In this document: in pieces, positions 8,931 to 18,248 of the stretch
Numbering within the stretch: position 1 is the stretch's first letter
Layout: each line of letters opens with the position of its first letter
Source of the DNA: Candidatus Scatosoma sp.
GTDB lineage: Bacteria; Bacillota; Clostridia; Christensenellales; Borkfalkiaceae
Direction: 5' to 3'
DNA length: 64,000 bases
Assembly: GCA_045632265.1 (NCBI GenBank)
Contig: JAZQWG010000003.1
Coordinates: 2,511 to 66,510 of the forward strand
Program-made: the position numbers and the translations under genes
Notes under the pieces: generated by a model
Seen by the model: the letters and a program-made list of their open reading frames with translations, nothing else
What the model was told of the DNA's origin: nothing
The model's database searches: none

Positions 8931-10106
8931 TTAGTTTTGATTGTCTTGCCCTTGCGAAGGCATAGGAAGATATATAGGGGGAAGAATTTGCGGTTGAACA
9001 ACGACTTCTTGTTCTTCTTGTTCCATCGCCCCGTCCAAATACTTGGTTGCATCTACGTCGTCGGGATTCGCTTCCTTTACTTTGGGGAATTTACGAAGAC
9101 AGCAGTTGATAATGAACGCCACCAACTCTACGCCCGCCATCGCCATGTAGAATGCGTCGATAGGCAATTTGTAGCATACCGAATAGAACACCGTCGTACC
9201 AAGCGAGATAAGGAAGGACAAGAAGGAAAACCATGCAAAAGCTTTTCTACCAGGCGTTTGCGTGCCCGTAGGTTCAAATTCCTTCGTGCCAAGCGCATAA
9301 CAAATCATGCAAATACCAAACACCAACAAAAGCACTCTCGCCACAAGCAAGATAAGCGTTTTCATTTCAAAAAGGCTCGATTGCAATTCGCCCGACATAA
9401 GCGCCTTGATTGCGCCTGCGGATTTTACAAAGAAGAACATGAACGCAAGCGTGAACACAACTTGCAAGAAGTTGCGCACAAACGCACCGAACGTACCCAC
9501 TTTGCGTTTTTCTTCGATGATTTCGCCATCCACCGTGAAAAGGCTAGTGTTGCCCGCCAAAAGTCCGCAAAGGAAATGGAAGAACAAGCCAACGCCAAGG
9601 ATTCCACCGCCGATAACGACGTTAAGTTTCACGTCGCTTGCAATAGTTGCGATTATGAAAAGCACGCACACGATTGTTTTGAACGCAGACGAATACGCTT
9701 TTTCGATGTCGTCCATTGCGTACATATTGCGGTTGAAGCCGTACAACTTACTTGCTTTCTTTTTGAAAAGCCAGTTCATATTGCAAAGGGAGCCGATAAG
9801 TTTCACAAACACCACAAGCAACATTACGGCGTACAAAACGGCAATCGTCAACGAAACGAGATTGCTAAAAAGCACGTTCAAAAGACCGCCCTCTTTCGTC
9901 AACGTCGTAAACGGTTTCCAGAAAGCGAATACGCCCACTGCGCCGTTTGCAAACGTGATCGGTTGCAAGCACGCCAAGCCAAACAACACCGCCATAGCGA
10001 TGACGTAAAGGGTGCCCACCCACTTTGCTCTACATTGCATTTTTTTGATGCAATGCTTGATATGTAAATACTTTTTGGGGGCTTTTTTTTGTGCGATAGA
10101 AGCCAT
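8931..10106 (-). CDS. Uncharacterised polytopic membrane protein (paralogue 2, no zinc ribbon)
   Basis: The start was moved to ATG 10106, which has GGAGGTG 4 nt upstream. The track ORF extends to 10196. It carries the blocks NWLFKKKASKLYGFNRNMYAMD and GNTSLFTVDGEIIEEKRKVGTF. Confidence 0.7.
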   Translation of the reverse strand: MASIAQKKAPKKYLHIKHCIKKMQCRAKWVGTLYVIAMAVLFGLACLQPITFANGAVGVFAFWKPFTTLTKEGGLLNVLFSNLVSLTIAVLYAVMLLVVFVKLIGSLCNMNWLFKKKASKLYGFNRNMYAMDDIEKAYSSAFKTIVCVLFIIATIASDVKLNVVIGGGILGVGLFFHFLCGLLAGNTSLFTVDGEIIEEKRKVGTFGAFVRNFLQVVFTLAFMFFFVKSAGAIKALMSGELQSSLFEMKTLILLVARVLLLVFGICMICYALGTKEFEPTGTQTPGRKAFAWFSFLSFLISLGTTVFYSVCYKLPIDAFYMAMAGVELVAFIINCCLRKFPKVKEANPDDVDATKYLDGAMEQEEQEVVVQPQILPPIYLPMPSQGQDNQN

Positions 10107-10265
10107 AACCCACCTCCGTTTATTTCCTTGAAAAAATCTTTTTGGCGCCTTACTGAAAAAACAGTAAAACACCAAGCGGATACACTTAATTAACAATTAA
10201 CACTATTATATCGCGCTTTGCGCGCGTTGTCAATATACCCACGCAAAAATTCTATGCGAAAAACT

Positions 10266-10811
10266 TTATTTTTTTCTCTTTTTCTTGCAAAATTCTTTCT
10301 CGTAAGCGTGGATACATTTTCCGATGATTTCCATTGCTTCGTCACGGTGGCAAATTTCCTTTACAGTCGTTTGTTTGTGTTCAAGCGATTTGTACACTTC
10401 AAAGAAGTGCATCATTTCCTCGAAAATGTGTTTGGGCAATTCTTGAATATCGTAATAATCTTTATACGAAGGATCGTTGCAAGGGATTGCAATTATCTTC
10501 TCGTCAAGCGAGCCCCCGTCAACCATCTTGATAACGCCGATGGGATAGCAGGTGACGAGCGTTGCGGGATAAATCGTTTCCCCACAAAGGACGAGTACGT
10601 CCAAAGGGTCGCCGTCTTCCGCCAAGGTGCGGGGGATAAAACCGTAGTTTGCGGGATACACAGTCGACGTGAACAACACCCTATCAAGTTTCAATAAACC
10701 CGTTTCTTTATCCAGTTCGTATTTCGCTTTGCAGCCTTTGGGAATTTCAATAAATGCCTCAAATTGTTTCGGCGTAATTCTCTCCGCCGAAAGATCGTGC
10801 CAAACGTTCAT
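10266..10811 (-). CDS. ppa: Inorganic pyrophosphatase, family I
   Basis: Contains EIPKGCKAKYELDKETG...DGDPLDVLV, typical of soluble family I PPase. ATG 10811 has AGGAGAG 7 nt upstream. The track start at 10835 is an upstream TTG. Confidence 0.9.
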   Translation of the reverse strand: MNVWHDLSAERITPKQFEAFIEIPKGCKAKYELDKETGLLKLDRVLFTSTVYPANYGFIPRTLAEDGDPLDVLVLCGETIYPATLVTCYPIGVIKMVDGGSLDEKIIAIPCNDPSYKDYYDIQELPKHIFEEMMHFFEVYKSLEHKQTTVKEICHRDEAMEIIGKCIHAYEKEFCKKKRKK

Positions 10812-11182
10812 GTTTTTCTCTCCTAATTTCTTCAATTTTTCTCTTTGTTTTTCTATGCCATATCATTGTAGCACATTTTGATTTTTTTAGCAAGAATATG
10901 CACCTATCTTTTCCTTCTTTTTTGGCAATTTTTTTACTTTTTTCTTTTATAAGAAAAGTTTTCTAGCCCCGCTCTTACCTTAATGAAAGAGCCAAAACGC
11001 CCCCTTTTTACCCTATTTTACGCCACCATGTATGCGTTGAAACACATTTTTTGCATAAATAAATCAAGCAAAAATCATCCGAGAAATTTGCCCGATTTTT
11101 GGGTAGTTTTTGGTCAATTTTTTTGGGTAAAAATACGCAATTTTAGACAAAAAAATGATACGATTTTTGCCTTATTTTTTAT

Positions 11183-11260
11183 ACTTTTTCATCTTTTATT
11201 GCTCGCGTGAACTCGTGCCAATCCACGCTTTCAAGCAACACGTTTTACGCCAAAAAACGG
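11183..11260. repeat. 78-bp direct repeat, copy 1
   Basis: 76/78 identical to 11328-11405. It contains GTGAACTCGTGCCA, a 13-nt match to the T-arm of the adjacent tRNA-Ser. Confidence 0.9.
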
Positions 11261-11276
11261 CGCAAAAGACGACATT
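11259..11276 (-). other. Degenerate copy of the 3' end of tRNA-Ser (att-like scar)
   Basis: GGCGCAAAAGACGACATT versus GGCGCAGAAGACGAGATT at the tRNA 3' end (16/18), directly abutting repeat copy 1. Confidence 0.6.
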
Positions 11277-11327
11277 ACTCGCTTCGCTCGTAGCTTCGCA
11301 ATAAACCATTATTTGCGCCCTTTTCTT

Positions 11328-11405
11328 ACTTTTTCATCTTTTATTGCTCGCGTGAACTCGTGCTAATTCACGCTTTCAAGCAACACGTTTTACGCCAAAA
11401 AACGG
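11328..11405. repeat. 78-bp direct repeat, copy 2 (abuts the tRNA terminator)
   Basis: See copy 1. The two differences fall in GTGCTAATTCACG versus GTGCCAATCCACG. Confidence 0.9.
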
Positions 11406-11425
11406 ACGGCAACAATGCCGTCCGT
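11396..11425 (-). terminator. Rho-independent terminator after tRNA-Ser
   Basis: Stem ACGGACGGC/GCCGTCCGT with a 6-nt loop. It is flanked by an A-run and a T-run, so it can act in both directions. Confidence 0.75.
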
Positions 11426-11428
11426 TTT

Positions 11429-11519
11429 TGGCGCAGAAGACGAGATTTGAACTCGTGCCACCAGTTATGATGCTACTCCCTTAGCAGGGGAGCCCCTTGA
11501 GCCTCTTGGGTACTTCTGC
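11429..11519 (-). tRNA. tRNA-Ser (anticodon GCU), CCA encoded
   Basis: Hand-folded cloverleaf: acceptor GCAGAAG/CTTCTGC, 3-bp D stem, anticodon stem CTCCC/GGGAG with loop CTGCTAA, long variable arm CATCA-TAAC-TGGTG, T arm ACGAG-TTCAAAT-CTCGT, discriminator G, then CCA. Confidence 0.95.
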
Positions 11520-11735
11520 ATGGCTCAATCTCAAAAGCTATATTACTATATCATATTTTTTTCGCCTTGTCAAAGCTTTTTGCCGTGAAAAATGAAAAAA
11601 CTTTTTGAAAATTACACGCATTATCTTCCCGCGCGCAACTTATATGAAAAACTGTCAATTTTATACTTTCAAATACTTGATTTTTTTGACAAAATGTTTT
11701 ACAATTAAATCGCAATAAATTTATTGAGGTGCATC

Positions 11736-12458
11736 ATGAACGTTATTATCACGGAAAATTATGAAGAAATGAGCAAAAAGGCTGCCGAAATTATTATCGA
11801 CATCGTTAAAAACAACCCCAACGCTATCCTTGGGCTTGCAACCGGTTCGAGCCCTATCGGCACTTACAAAAACATGATTAAAGACCACAAGGAAAACGGC
11901 ACGTCCTACAAAAACGTAAAATCCGTCAACCTTGACGAATACGTTGGCCTTACCAAAGACCACGACCAAAGCTACGCTTACTTTATGCGTACCAACCTTT
12001 TCGATTACATCGATATCGACCAAGCAAACACCAACCTTCCTTGCGGCAGCGCAGCGGATACGCAAAAGGAATGCGACCGTTATAACGCGCTTTTGGAAAC
12101 GATGAAACAAGACGTGCAAGTGCTTGGCCTTGGCTCGAACGGCCACATCGGTTTCAACGAACCCAACACCCCCTTTGAATCGGTTACCCACCTTGTTGAC
12201 CTTACGGAAAACACCATTAAAGACAACTCTCGTTTGTTCGCTTCTATCGACGAAGTTCCCCGTCAAGCGCTTTCCATGGGTATCAAAAACATCATGCAAG
12301 CAAAATCTATCCTTATGGTTGTTTCGGGCAAGAACAAAGCTGAAGCTGTTAAAGGCATGGTGAAAGGCGAAGTTACCCCCGCCCTTCCCGCTTCCGTTTT
12401 GCAACTTCACCCCTTCGTCACCATCGTTTGCGACAAGGACGCTGCAAGCTTGCTTTAA
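11736..12458 (+). CDS. nagB: Glucosamine-6-phosphate deaminase
   Basis: Contains MNVIITENYEEMS..LGLATGSSP..GLGSNGHIGFNEP. GAGGTG lies upstream of ATG 11736, whereas the track starts at 11724. Confidence 0.9.
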   Translation: MNVIITENYEEMSKKAAEIIIDIVKNNPNAILGLATGSSPIGTYKNMIKDHKENGTSYKNVKSVNLDEYVGLTKDHDQSYAYFMRTNLFDYIDIDQANTNLPCGSAADTQKECDRYNALLETMKQDVQVLGLGSNGHIGFNEPNTPFESVTHLVDLTENTIKDNSRLFASIDEVPRQALSMGIKNIMQAKSILMVVSGKNKAEAVKGMVKGEVTPALPASVLQLHPFVTIVCDKDAASLL

Positions 12459-12483
12459 TAGCCAACTAAAATCAAATCTTTCT

Positions 12484-12515
12484 ACGCAACGGTTTCCCCG
12501 TTGCGTATTTTTTTA
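12484..12515 (+). terminator. Rho-independent terminator after nagB
   Basis: Stem ACGCAACGG/CCGTTGCGT followed by a T-run. Confidence 0.75.
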
Positions 12516-12566
12516 ATAAAAAAATCCACAACAGCAAAAATAACCGCCTATTTTTTACGAAATTGC

Positions 12567-12596
12567 TTGACTTTTTTCGCGCGCGTATGATAAAAT
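12567..12596 (+). promoter_or_regulatory. Extended -10 promoter for the lipoprotein operon
   Basis: TTGACT (12567-12572), 18-nt spacer, TGATAAAAT (-10 at 12591-12596). Confidence 0.5.
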
Positions 12597-12699
12597 TATT
12601 GTAGTGTATTATGGCGTATTGTGGTTTTTTATGCAAAAACGGCAATATATCTCACACTTCAACAACGTTAGAAAAATATAAGATTTAGGAGAAAATATT

Positions 12700-13116
12700 A
12701 TGAAGATTTTCAAAAGAATTGGCGCACTTCTCGCAGCGGCTGTCCTTGCACTTGGCATGGGCACACTTGCAGCTTGTAACAACGGCGATGACGGCGACGG
12801 CGCAGGCGCAGGCAACGGCGGCACGGAAGCCCGCACGGACGCATACACCATTTACGTAAAAGACGCAAGCGGCAACGCTATTGCAAACGTTCAAATCGGC
12901 ATTTGCAAATACAACAAAACGACCGGTCAAAAATCCACTTGCTATGCACCCAAAACGACGGACGCAAACGGCAAAGTTGAATTTGACGCAAACGACAACA
13001 TCGCTGAAGACGTTTACGCATTGAACACCGACCTTTTTGAAGATACCTACGAAGCGCAAACGCTTTACGTATTTGAAGCATACGGCGTATATACCGTAGT
13101 TCTTGCAGCAAAATAA
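12700..13116 (+). CDS. Small lipoprotein with a single beta-sandwich (carboxypeptidase-regulatory-like) domain
   Basis: 138 aa. It has a signal peptide with lipobox LAAC and a Gly/Asp-rich tether. The motif YTIYVKDASGNAIANVQIGI...DANGKVEF resembles the N-terminal domain of the next protein. Confidence 0.7.
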   Translation: MKIFKRIGALLAAAVLALGMGTLAACNNGDDGDGAGAGNGGTEARTDAYTIYVKDASGNAIANVQIGICKYNKTTGQKSTCYAPKTTDANGKVEFDANDNIAEDVYALNTDLFEDTYEAQTLYVFEAYGVYTVVLAAK

Positions 13117-13138
13117 TTCTACCATATAAGGAATTTTT

Positions 13139-16054
13139 ATGAAAAAGCTTAAAAAACTTCTATTACTCACAATCGCTTGTCTTACCCTTTTTACGGCAGG
13201 CTTAATCACCGCTTGCGACAAGGGCGGTGAACAAACAGGCGGCCCCAACACCGAACAAGGTGGCGGACAACAAGGCGGTGGCAACGGCGGCGGACAACAA
13301 GGCGGTGGCAACGAAAACCCCAGCGAACCCGATCCCGTTTCGTACGTATATAAAATTCGTACGCAATCGGAAGGCGGTTATGGCTTGAAAGACGTCAACG
13401 TAGCCCTTTACGACGGCGAAACGAAGATTGCAGCGCTTAACACCAACAACGACGGCAACGCTTTCTTCACCGAAGAACACGTTTCCACGCTTGGCAATTA
13501 TCGCATCGAAGTTTCCAACGCGCCCATTGGTTGGACCCTTAAGGACGACACGATTACCTATCAAACGTCCACCATTTCCGGTTCAAACACCAACATCAAC
13601 TTCGCCGCTTCTATCATCAAAGACCAAAGCACCCCCGAATCGAAGGTGTATCGTCTTGGCGACGTAATGTACGACGTTGATATCACGGCAGCATCGGGCG
13701 AAACGTACACCCTTTCGGAAGTTTTGGAAGAAAAGAAGATGGTGCTTATCAACTTCTGGGCTTCTTGGTGCGGTCCTTGTCAATCGGAATTCCCCGCCAT
13801 GAAAACGGCGTACGATAACTACAAAGACTACGTGGAAGTGTTTGCCGTATCCATCGAATCGAGCGATACGCCCACAAAAATCAACAGGGATTACGATTTT
13901 AACTTCCCTGCAGTAGGTTTCCCCCACAGTGAAGTTGTCTACTCCCACTTCAATACGAGTGGCGGTATTCCCATGTCCGTAGTTGTGGACAGATACGGCG
14001 TAATTTCCTATATCCACACGGGTAGCATGGTAGCCGTAGAAGATTTTGAAAACTTGTTCGACAAGTTTATCGCTGACGATTACGTGCAAACGGTTATCTC
14101 TTCGGAAGAAGGTGGCGGCGGTGAAACGGGTACGTTGGAATGGGCAATCCCCGACGTTTCCAACCCCGACCTTGCGGACGTAAAAGCAGCCTTCTCGGGC
14201 AGCGGCGACGAATTCAAATACAGCTGGGAAGACGATTTGAGATCTTGGCCTTGGCTTATCGGTTCGGATGCAAACGGCGGATATTTGGCAGCATCGAACA
14301 AGCAAATTGATTATTCGTACGCAACCATCAACATCGACTTCACGGCGCAAGCCAACACGGCGCTCGCATTTGATTATTCGATTGCAACGGAAGCGCTTGC
14401 CGATATCCTTTACGTCATGATTGACGGAACGGTTATCCATTCCCTTTCGGGCATGCAAACGGCATGGAAAACGTGTTATAGCTACGTCTTTGAAGAAGAA
14501 CACGCGGGCGATCACAGACTTACGCTTATCTTCATGAAAGACGCAACCGATTCGAGCGACGACGACGTATTTGTAAGAAACCTTCGTTTCGTTGCAAAAT
14601 CGGATTTGCCTGCAAACACACTTGACTTGAACATTCTTCGTCATGCAGCAACCGAGTGGAACAACCCCGCTTCCTATCAAACGGGCAGCGAAAAAACGAC
14701 GAAATTCGACAAGTACGTAAACGTTAAGTTGGGCGCAGACGGTTATTACCACGTAATCCCCGACAACGCACCTGAAAATTACGTAGTAGATCTCAACAGC
14801 GATCCCCTTCTTTTTGCTGACATCATGAACAGCACCCGTTGGAATAAGTACGACTTGTGGCAACTTGCCTATAACGGCTTACTTGTTTACTACGGCTTCA
14901 ATTTGAAAGACGCAGTTGAACAATTTGCTTGGGCGGCAAACGAATCGAGCAACGGCTTCATGCCCGTCACGCCCGATTTGAAGGAACTTTTGGATATTAT
15001 CGCACAAATTGACAACGTTTACGGTCAAGCAAAAGACCAAAACGACAACAATTCCCGTGTGAACTTCTTCGACGAAAAGTGCCACTTGTCCTATTATGAA
15101 AACGAGTGGTTGGAATTCTGTGTATATTACGACCACTACGGCGATACCCCTATTATGGGCGATCCCACGGTTGGTATTACCTACGAAGGCGCAATTGAAA
15201 TTTTTGAAGGTGTAAACCATATCAACTGCTTCAAGTCTATGGTTCCCGTAGGTATCAAACACAAGTTCACGCCGACGAAATCGGGCGTTTACCACTTCTA
15301 CTCTATGGTAGATCCCCAGTTCTCTGACACGAACGAAAAATACAACCCTCAAATGTGGCTTGTAGACAGCGATAAGCAAACCTTCCTTGCTGAAAATGAA
15401 GATTACTTAATTCACCACACGGGCAACCCCGAAAACTTTGACATTAAGTATTATTTGGAAGCAGGCAAGACGTACTACTGCTTGTTCGCATTCTTCCTTA
15501 ACGCTACGGGCGAATTCGATATGAGCATCGAATACCTTGGCGAATATTACGCAAACTTGACCAACTGCGCTATCGGCCCTTACACCATGAACATGGTGAC
15601 GAGCGAAACGTACGTGCCTAATGCGAAAAACATTATTTACGACGAATCGCGCGACTTGTACCGCGTAGCAAATAAAGAAGGCGTATTCCTTGGCGATATT
15701 TACGATGACTTGGACGACTCGGTTTACTGGGATTTGGCTAGCCCCACCTACTTGTTCCCCTCCAACACGTTGAAATCGTACATTGATACGTACTCCAACT
15801 ACAAAGACCAAACGAAACGCTTGTTCTATCTCCCCGATGGAAAGGGCGGCATGAAAGACTATTCCGAAATCATGAGCGATTATCTCTTCGAGGCGGAATT
15901 GCAAGACGGCGCATTGCACGGCAAGGTTGCCCTCAACGCCGAATTGATGCATATCATTCTTGAATTCGCAAAGAAATACGACGGCTTCGGCGGCGTACCT
16001 AATTCTTGGCAAATGATGTGTTATTACTATCAACCTATCGGTCAAAACAGCTAA
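13139..16054 (+). CDS. Large lipoprotein with an embedded thioredoxin/TlpA-like domain (WCGPC)
   Basis: 971 aa. It has lipobox LITAC and a Gly/Gln-rich tether, then a beta-sandwich domain, then a redoxin domain LINFWASWCGPCQSEFPAM, then about 650 aa of unknown function. Confidence 0.75.
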   Translation: MKKLKKLLLLTIACLTLFTAGLITACDKGGEQTGGPNTEQGGGQQGGGNGGGQQGGGNENPSEPDPVSYVYKIRTQSEGGYGLKDVNVALYDGETKIAALNTNNDGNAFFTEEHVSTLGNYRIEVSNAPIGWTLKDDTITYQTSTISGSNTNINFAASIIKDQSTPESKVYRLGDVMYDVDITAASGETYTLSEVLEEKKMVLINFWASWCGPCQSEFPAMKTAYDNYKDYVEVFAVSIESSDTPTKINRDYDFNFPAVGFPHSEVVYSHFNTSGGIPMSVVVDRYGVISYIHTGSMVAVEDFENLFDKFIADDYVQTVISSEEGGGGETGTLEWAIPDVSNPDLADVKAAFSGSGDEFKYSWEDDLRSWPWLIGSDANGGYLAASNKQIDYSYATINIDFTAQANTALAFDYSIATEALADILYVMIDGTVIHSLSGMQTAWKTCYSYVFEEEHAGDHRLTLIFMKDATDSSDDDVFVRNLRFVAKSDLPANTLDLNILRHAATEWNNPASYQTGSEKTTKFDKYVNVKLGADGYYHVIPDNAPENYVVDLNSDPLLFADIMNSTRWNKYDLWQLAYNGLLVYYGFNLKDAVEQFAWAANESSNGFMPVTPDLKELLDIIAQIDNVYGQAKDQNDNNSRVNFFDEKCHLSYYENEWLEFCVYYDHYGDTPIMGDPTVGITYEGAIEIFEGVNHINCFKSMVPVGIKHKFTPTKSGVYHFYSMVDPQFSDTNEKYNPQMWLVDSDKQTFLAENEDYLIHHTGNPENFDIKYYLEAGKTYYCLFAFFLNATGEFDMSIEYLGEYYANLTNCAIGPYTMNMVTSETYVPNAKNIIYDESRDLYRVANKEGVFLGDIYDDLDDSVYWDLASPTYLFPSNTLKSYIDTYSNYKDQTKRLFYLPDGKGGMKDYSEIMSDYLFEAELQDGALHGKVALNAELMHIILEFAKKYDGFGGVPNSWQMMCYYYQPIGQNS
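13262..13312 (+). repeat. In-frame 27-bp tandem repeat (2 units) encoding the Gly/Gln tether
   Basis: GGCGGACAACAAGGCGGTGGCAAC occurs twice, 27 nt apart, encoding GGQQGGGN twice. Confidence 0.85.
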
Positions 16055-16071
16055 TCTACACGGAGAACATT

Positions 16072-17496
16072 ATGAAACTTTGGAAAAAACTTACCACTTT
16101 GTTGCTCGCTTTGACGATGAGCGCTTCTTGCGCTCTTGTCCTTGCTTGCGACAAGGGTGGCAACGATGGCGATGCTGGCACCGAACAAGGCGGCAACGGG
16201 GGCGAACAGCAAGGCGGCGGTCCGCAAGGCCCCACCTATCAACAATTCACCTACGACGTCGATTCCAGCGAACCGGTTGGCAGCGCATACAACCGTTATT
16301 GCGGACAAGAAGGATATTACCAAATCGAGCTTGCAGCAGGCACGACGAGATATTATTCCTTCGCCGTTTCGCAAGCGGGACAATACGCTTTGGAAACGTT
16401 GGAAGCAAAAAGCGGCATCACCATTGAACGTTGCGATGCGAGCGCACACTACATTGCGCCCAACACTTACCCTGCAACCGTGAAAGAAGACGGCACTCTT
16501 TTCTCCGACGTGCATTGTTCCGAATCCCATTACAGCACGTCTTGGCGAGCAACGTATAAAATCACCTCGAGCATCGACGGCATCCTTCCCGTGCGTTTCT
16601 ACCGCTTTGGCGAACCGTTGAGAGAGCCTGCGCATTTGCCCCCCGTTGAAATGACGGCAAGCGAAATTGTCGGCAAGGCAAAAGATGCGGATTTGGAATA
16701 CGTACTTACGGAAGTCCCCTTCCTTTCATCGGACAATCCTAAATATTTCTACGACGCTGATTATGAAATGACCTTCATCGATCTGGTTTCAGGTGAAGAA
16801 AAGACAGCGAAAGGTTTCTATCGCTACGGCGAAGAGGGAGATGACAGCGCTCCCGTTATTTATGCAGCAATCACTGCCCCTTCCCGCTATCTTGAAATTC
16901 CTTTCCCCCAAATCATCACCAAAGGCGGCTCGTTGAAATTGTACGATTATACGGACACCGCAGGCGATTATCATTACAAGGATTACACCAACTTCCTTCT
17001 TAACAACGGCGGCAATATCTATTACCCCGAAAACGCAACAAACCCCGTTTTATCGCCCGGCGACGCAACCAAAAACTGTTATATGAACGTGACGAATTCG
17101 GACGGCGTTTTCCCCGTAACCCAAGAATTATTTGAGTTCTTGTCCATGTACACCAAGAGCAATGCTCCTTACGTAGAAGGCGGAACAATCGCAAGCAAAA
17201 ATTACTGGTTGGCACCTTGCTTTATCTACGAAAGACAAATGCTCTTAAACGTTGGCGAAAACGTTGTAACGGCAAGCAAGACGGAAACGGCGTTCACTTT
17301 GAAAGTGGAAACGGCGGGCACCTATCAAATCGTTGGTTCGCAAGACTTGTACGTGTACGTGAACGGCGTAAACTACGGCACGACGGCTAACCCCTTCCCT
17401 ATCACGTTGGACGTTCCCGCGGAAGGTATCACTTTGTTGTTGAAAGCACGCAGCGAAGGCAATTACACCCTTACCGTGACGAAAATAACCGAATAA
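16072..17496 (+). CDS. Lipoprotein of unknown function
   Basis: ATG 16072 follows GGAGAA, whereas the track starts at 16006. It has lipobox LVLAC and a Gly-rich tether. No recognisable catalytic motif was found. Confidence 0.7.
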   Translation: MKLWKKLTTLLLALTMSASCALVLACDKGGNDGDAGTEQGGNGGEQQGGGPQGPTYQQFTYDVDSSEPVGSAYNRYCGQEGYYQIELAAGTTRYYSFAVSQAGQYALETLEAKSGITIERCDASAHYIAPNTYPATVKEDGTLFSDVHCSESHYSTSWRATYKITSSIDGILPVRFYRFGEPLREPAHLPPVEMTASEIVGKAKDADLEYVLTEVPFLSSDNPKYFYDADYEMTFIDLVSGEEKTAKGFYRYGEEGDDSAPVIYAAITAPSRYLEIPFPQIITKGGSLKLYDYTDTAGDYHYKDYTNFLLNNGGNIYYPENATNPVLSPGDATKNCYMNVTNSDGVFPVTQELFEFLSMYTKSNAPYVEGGTIASKNYWLAPCFIYERQMLLNVGENVVTASKTETAFTLKVETAGTYQIVGSQDLYVYVNGVNYGTTANPFPITLDVPAEGITLLLKARSEGNYTLTVTKITE

Positions 17497-17518
17497 CACG
17501 CAATAAAACAATAAAAAA

Positions 17519-17546
17519 TCTGGCGAGCGTTCGCCAGATTTTTTTG
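17519..17546 (+). terminator. Rho-independent terminator of the lipoprotein operon
   Basis: Stem TCTGGCGA/TCGCCAGA followed by TTTTTTT. Confidence 0.75.
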
Positions 17547-17570
17547 CATTAAAAACAATGCTTTGTATTA

Positions 17571-17600
17571 AAAAACAAGCCTTTGGAAAGGCTTGTTTTT
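17571..17600 (-). terminator. Bidirectional terminator after the TlpA-like gene
   Basis: Stem CAAGCCTTT/AAAGGCTTG flanked by an A-run and a T-run. Confidence 0.65.
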
Positions 17601-17618
17601 ATTTATGTTATTCGATAA

Positions 17619-18248
17619 TTATTCGCCCAAATACGGCAATACAAGCGCTTCTAATTCAGCATACGTCATACTATCCGCAACCACTTCTACCACCTTTCCC
17701 GTGCGGTCGATAACCACCGTGACGGGCAAGCTTCCCGACGTATCATAGCGTTTCAAAACGTCGTTTGTTTTGTCGTATTTTGCAAAGGTACACGTGAACT
17801 CGTTCCACGTATTGTAATATTGTTGATAATCTTTATCCTTGGCGTTATTCAACTCCGCATCCAAAAGCTGTTGCGCCGTCATGGACACGTCCGTGCTGAC
17901 GATAACCACTTCCAAGCCTTGGTCTTTATATTCTTCGTAGAATTCGTTAAAGTGGGGGATTTCTTCCTTACAAGGCTGACACCAAACCGCCCAGAAGTTG
18001 AGCACGACAACGTCGCCGATTGCATCGTCAAGCGTGAACGTCTTGCCTTCGTCAATCGCAAAGCTGCCGTTTTCAATTTTGTACACCGTATCAAGACGCA
18101 TAACGGAGTTCGTATCTTCTGCGCCGTCGTCCAAATCGCTTGCTTGTTCGTAGATGAAATTGTAATACACCAAGCCGCCGCAAAGAAGCGCACCCGCAAG
18201 CGTATAAGCGCCTATTTTAAGCCATTTGTTTTTGTTAAGCTTCTTCAT
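17619..18248 (-). CDS. Membrane-anchored thioredoxin-like thiol:disulfide oxidoreductase (TlpA/ResA family, WCQPC)
   Basis: 209 aa with an N-terminal TM helix. It contains VLNFWAVWCQPCKEEIPHF. Its start overlaps the upstream gene by 14 nt. Confidence 0.8.
   Translation of the reverse strand: MKKLNKNKWLKIGAYTLAGALLCGGLVYYNFIYEQASDLDDGAEDTNSVMRLDTVYKIENGSFAIDEGKTFTLDDAIGDVVVLNFWAVWCQPCKEEIPHFNEFYEEYKDQGLEVVIVSTDVSMTAQQLLDAELNNAKDKDYQQYYNTWNEFTCTFAKYDKTNDVLKRYDTSGSLPVTVVIDRTGKVVEVVADSMTYAELEALVLPYLGE

Noticed and set aside
10836-11180. Recurrent T-rich words (TTTTGCC, GATTTTGGG(T/C)A, CCCTATTTT) shared by several long intergenic regions (10.9-11.2 kb, 25.0-25.1 kb, 32.2-32.5 kb, 50.65-50.76 kb).
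   Set aside because: The matches are short, degenerate and in low-complexity AT-rich DNA. I could not define a consistent element boundary or orientation, so they are probably compositional.
10983-11210. Small ORFs in AT-rich intergenic regions (10983-11210, 32175-32462, 25016-25441, 4396-4596, 4593-4793).
   Set aside because: They have no RBS and give low-complexity, Phe/Ile/Lys-rich translations. They overlap promoters, terminators, repeats or the candidate RNA.
11183-11405. Possible CRISPR array or mobile element at the 78-bp repeats.
   Set aside because: There are only two copies, the spacer is irregular at 67 bp, and there are no cas genes, terminal inverted repeats or transposase. A tRNA-linked duplication or att scar explains them better.
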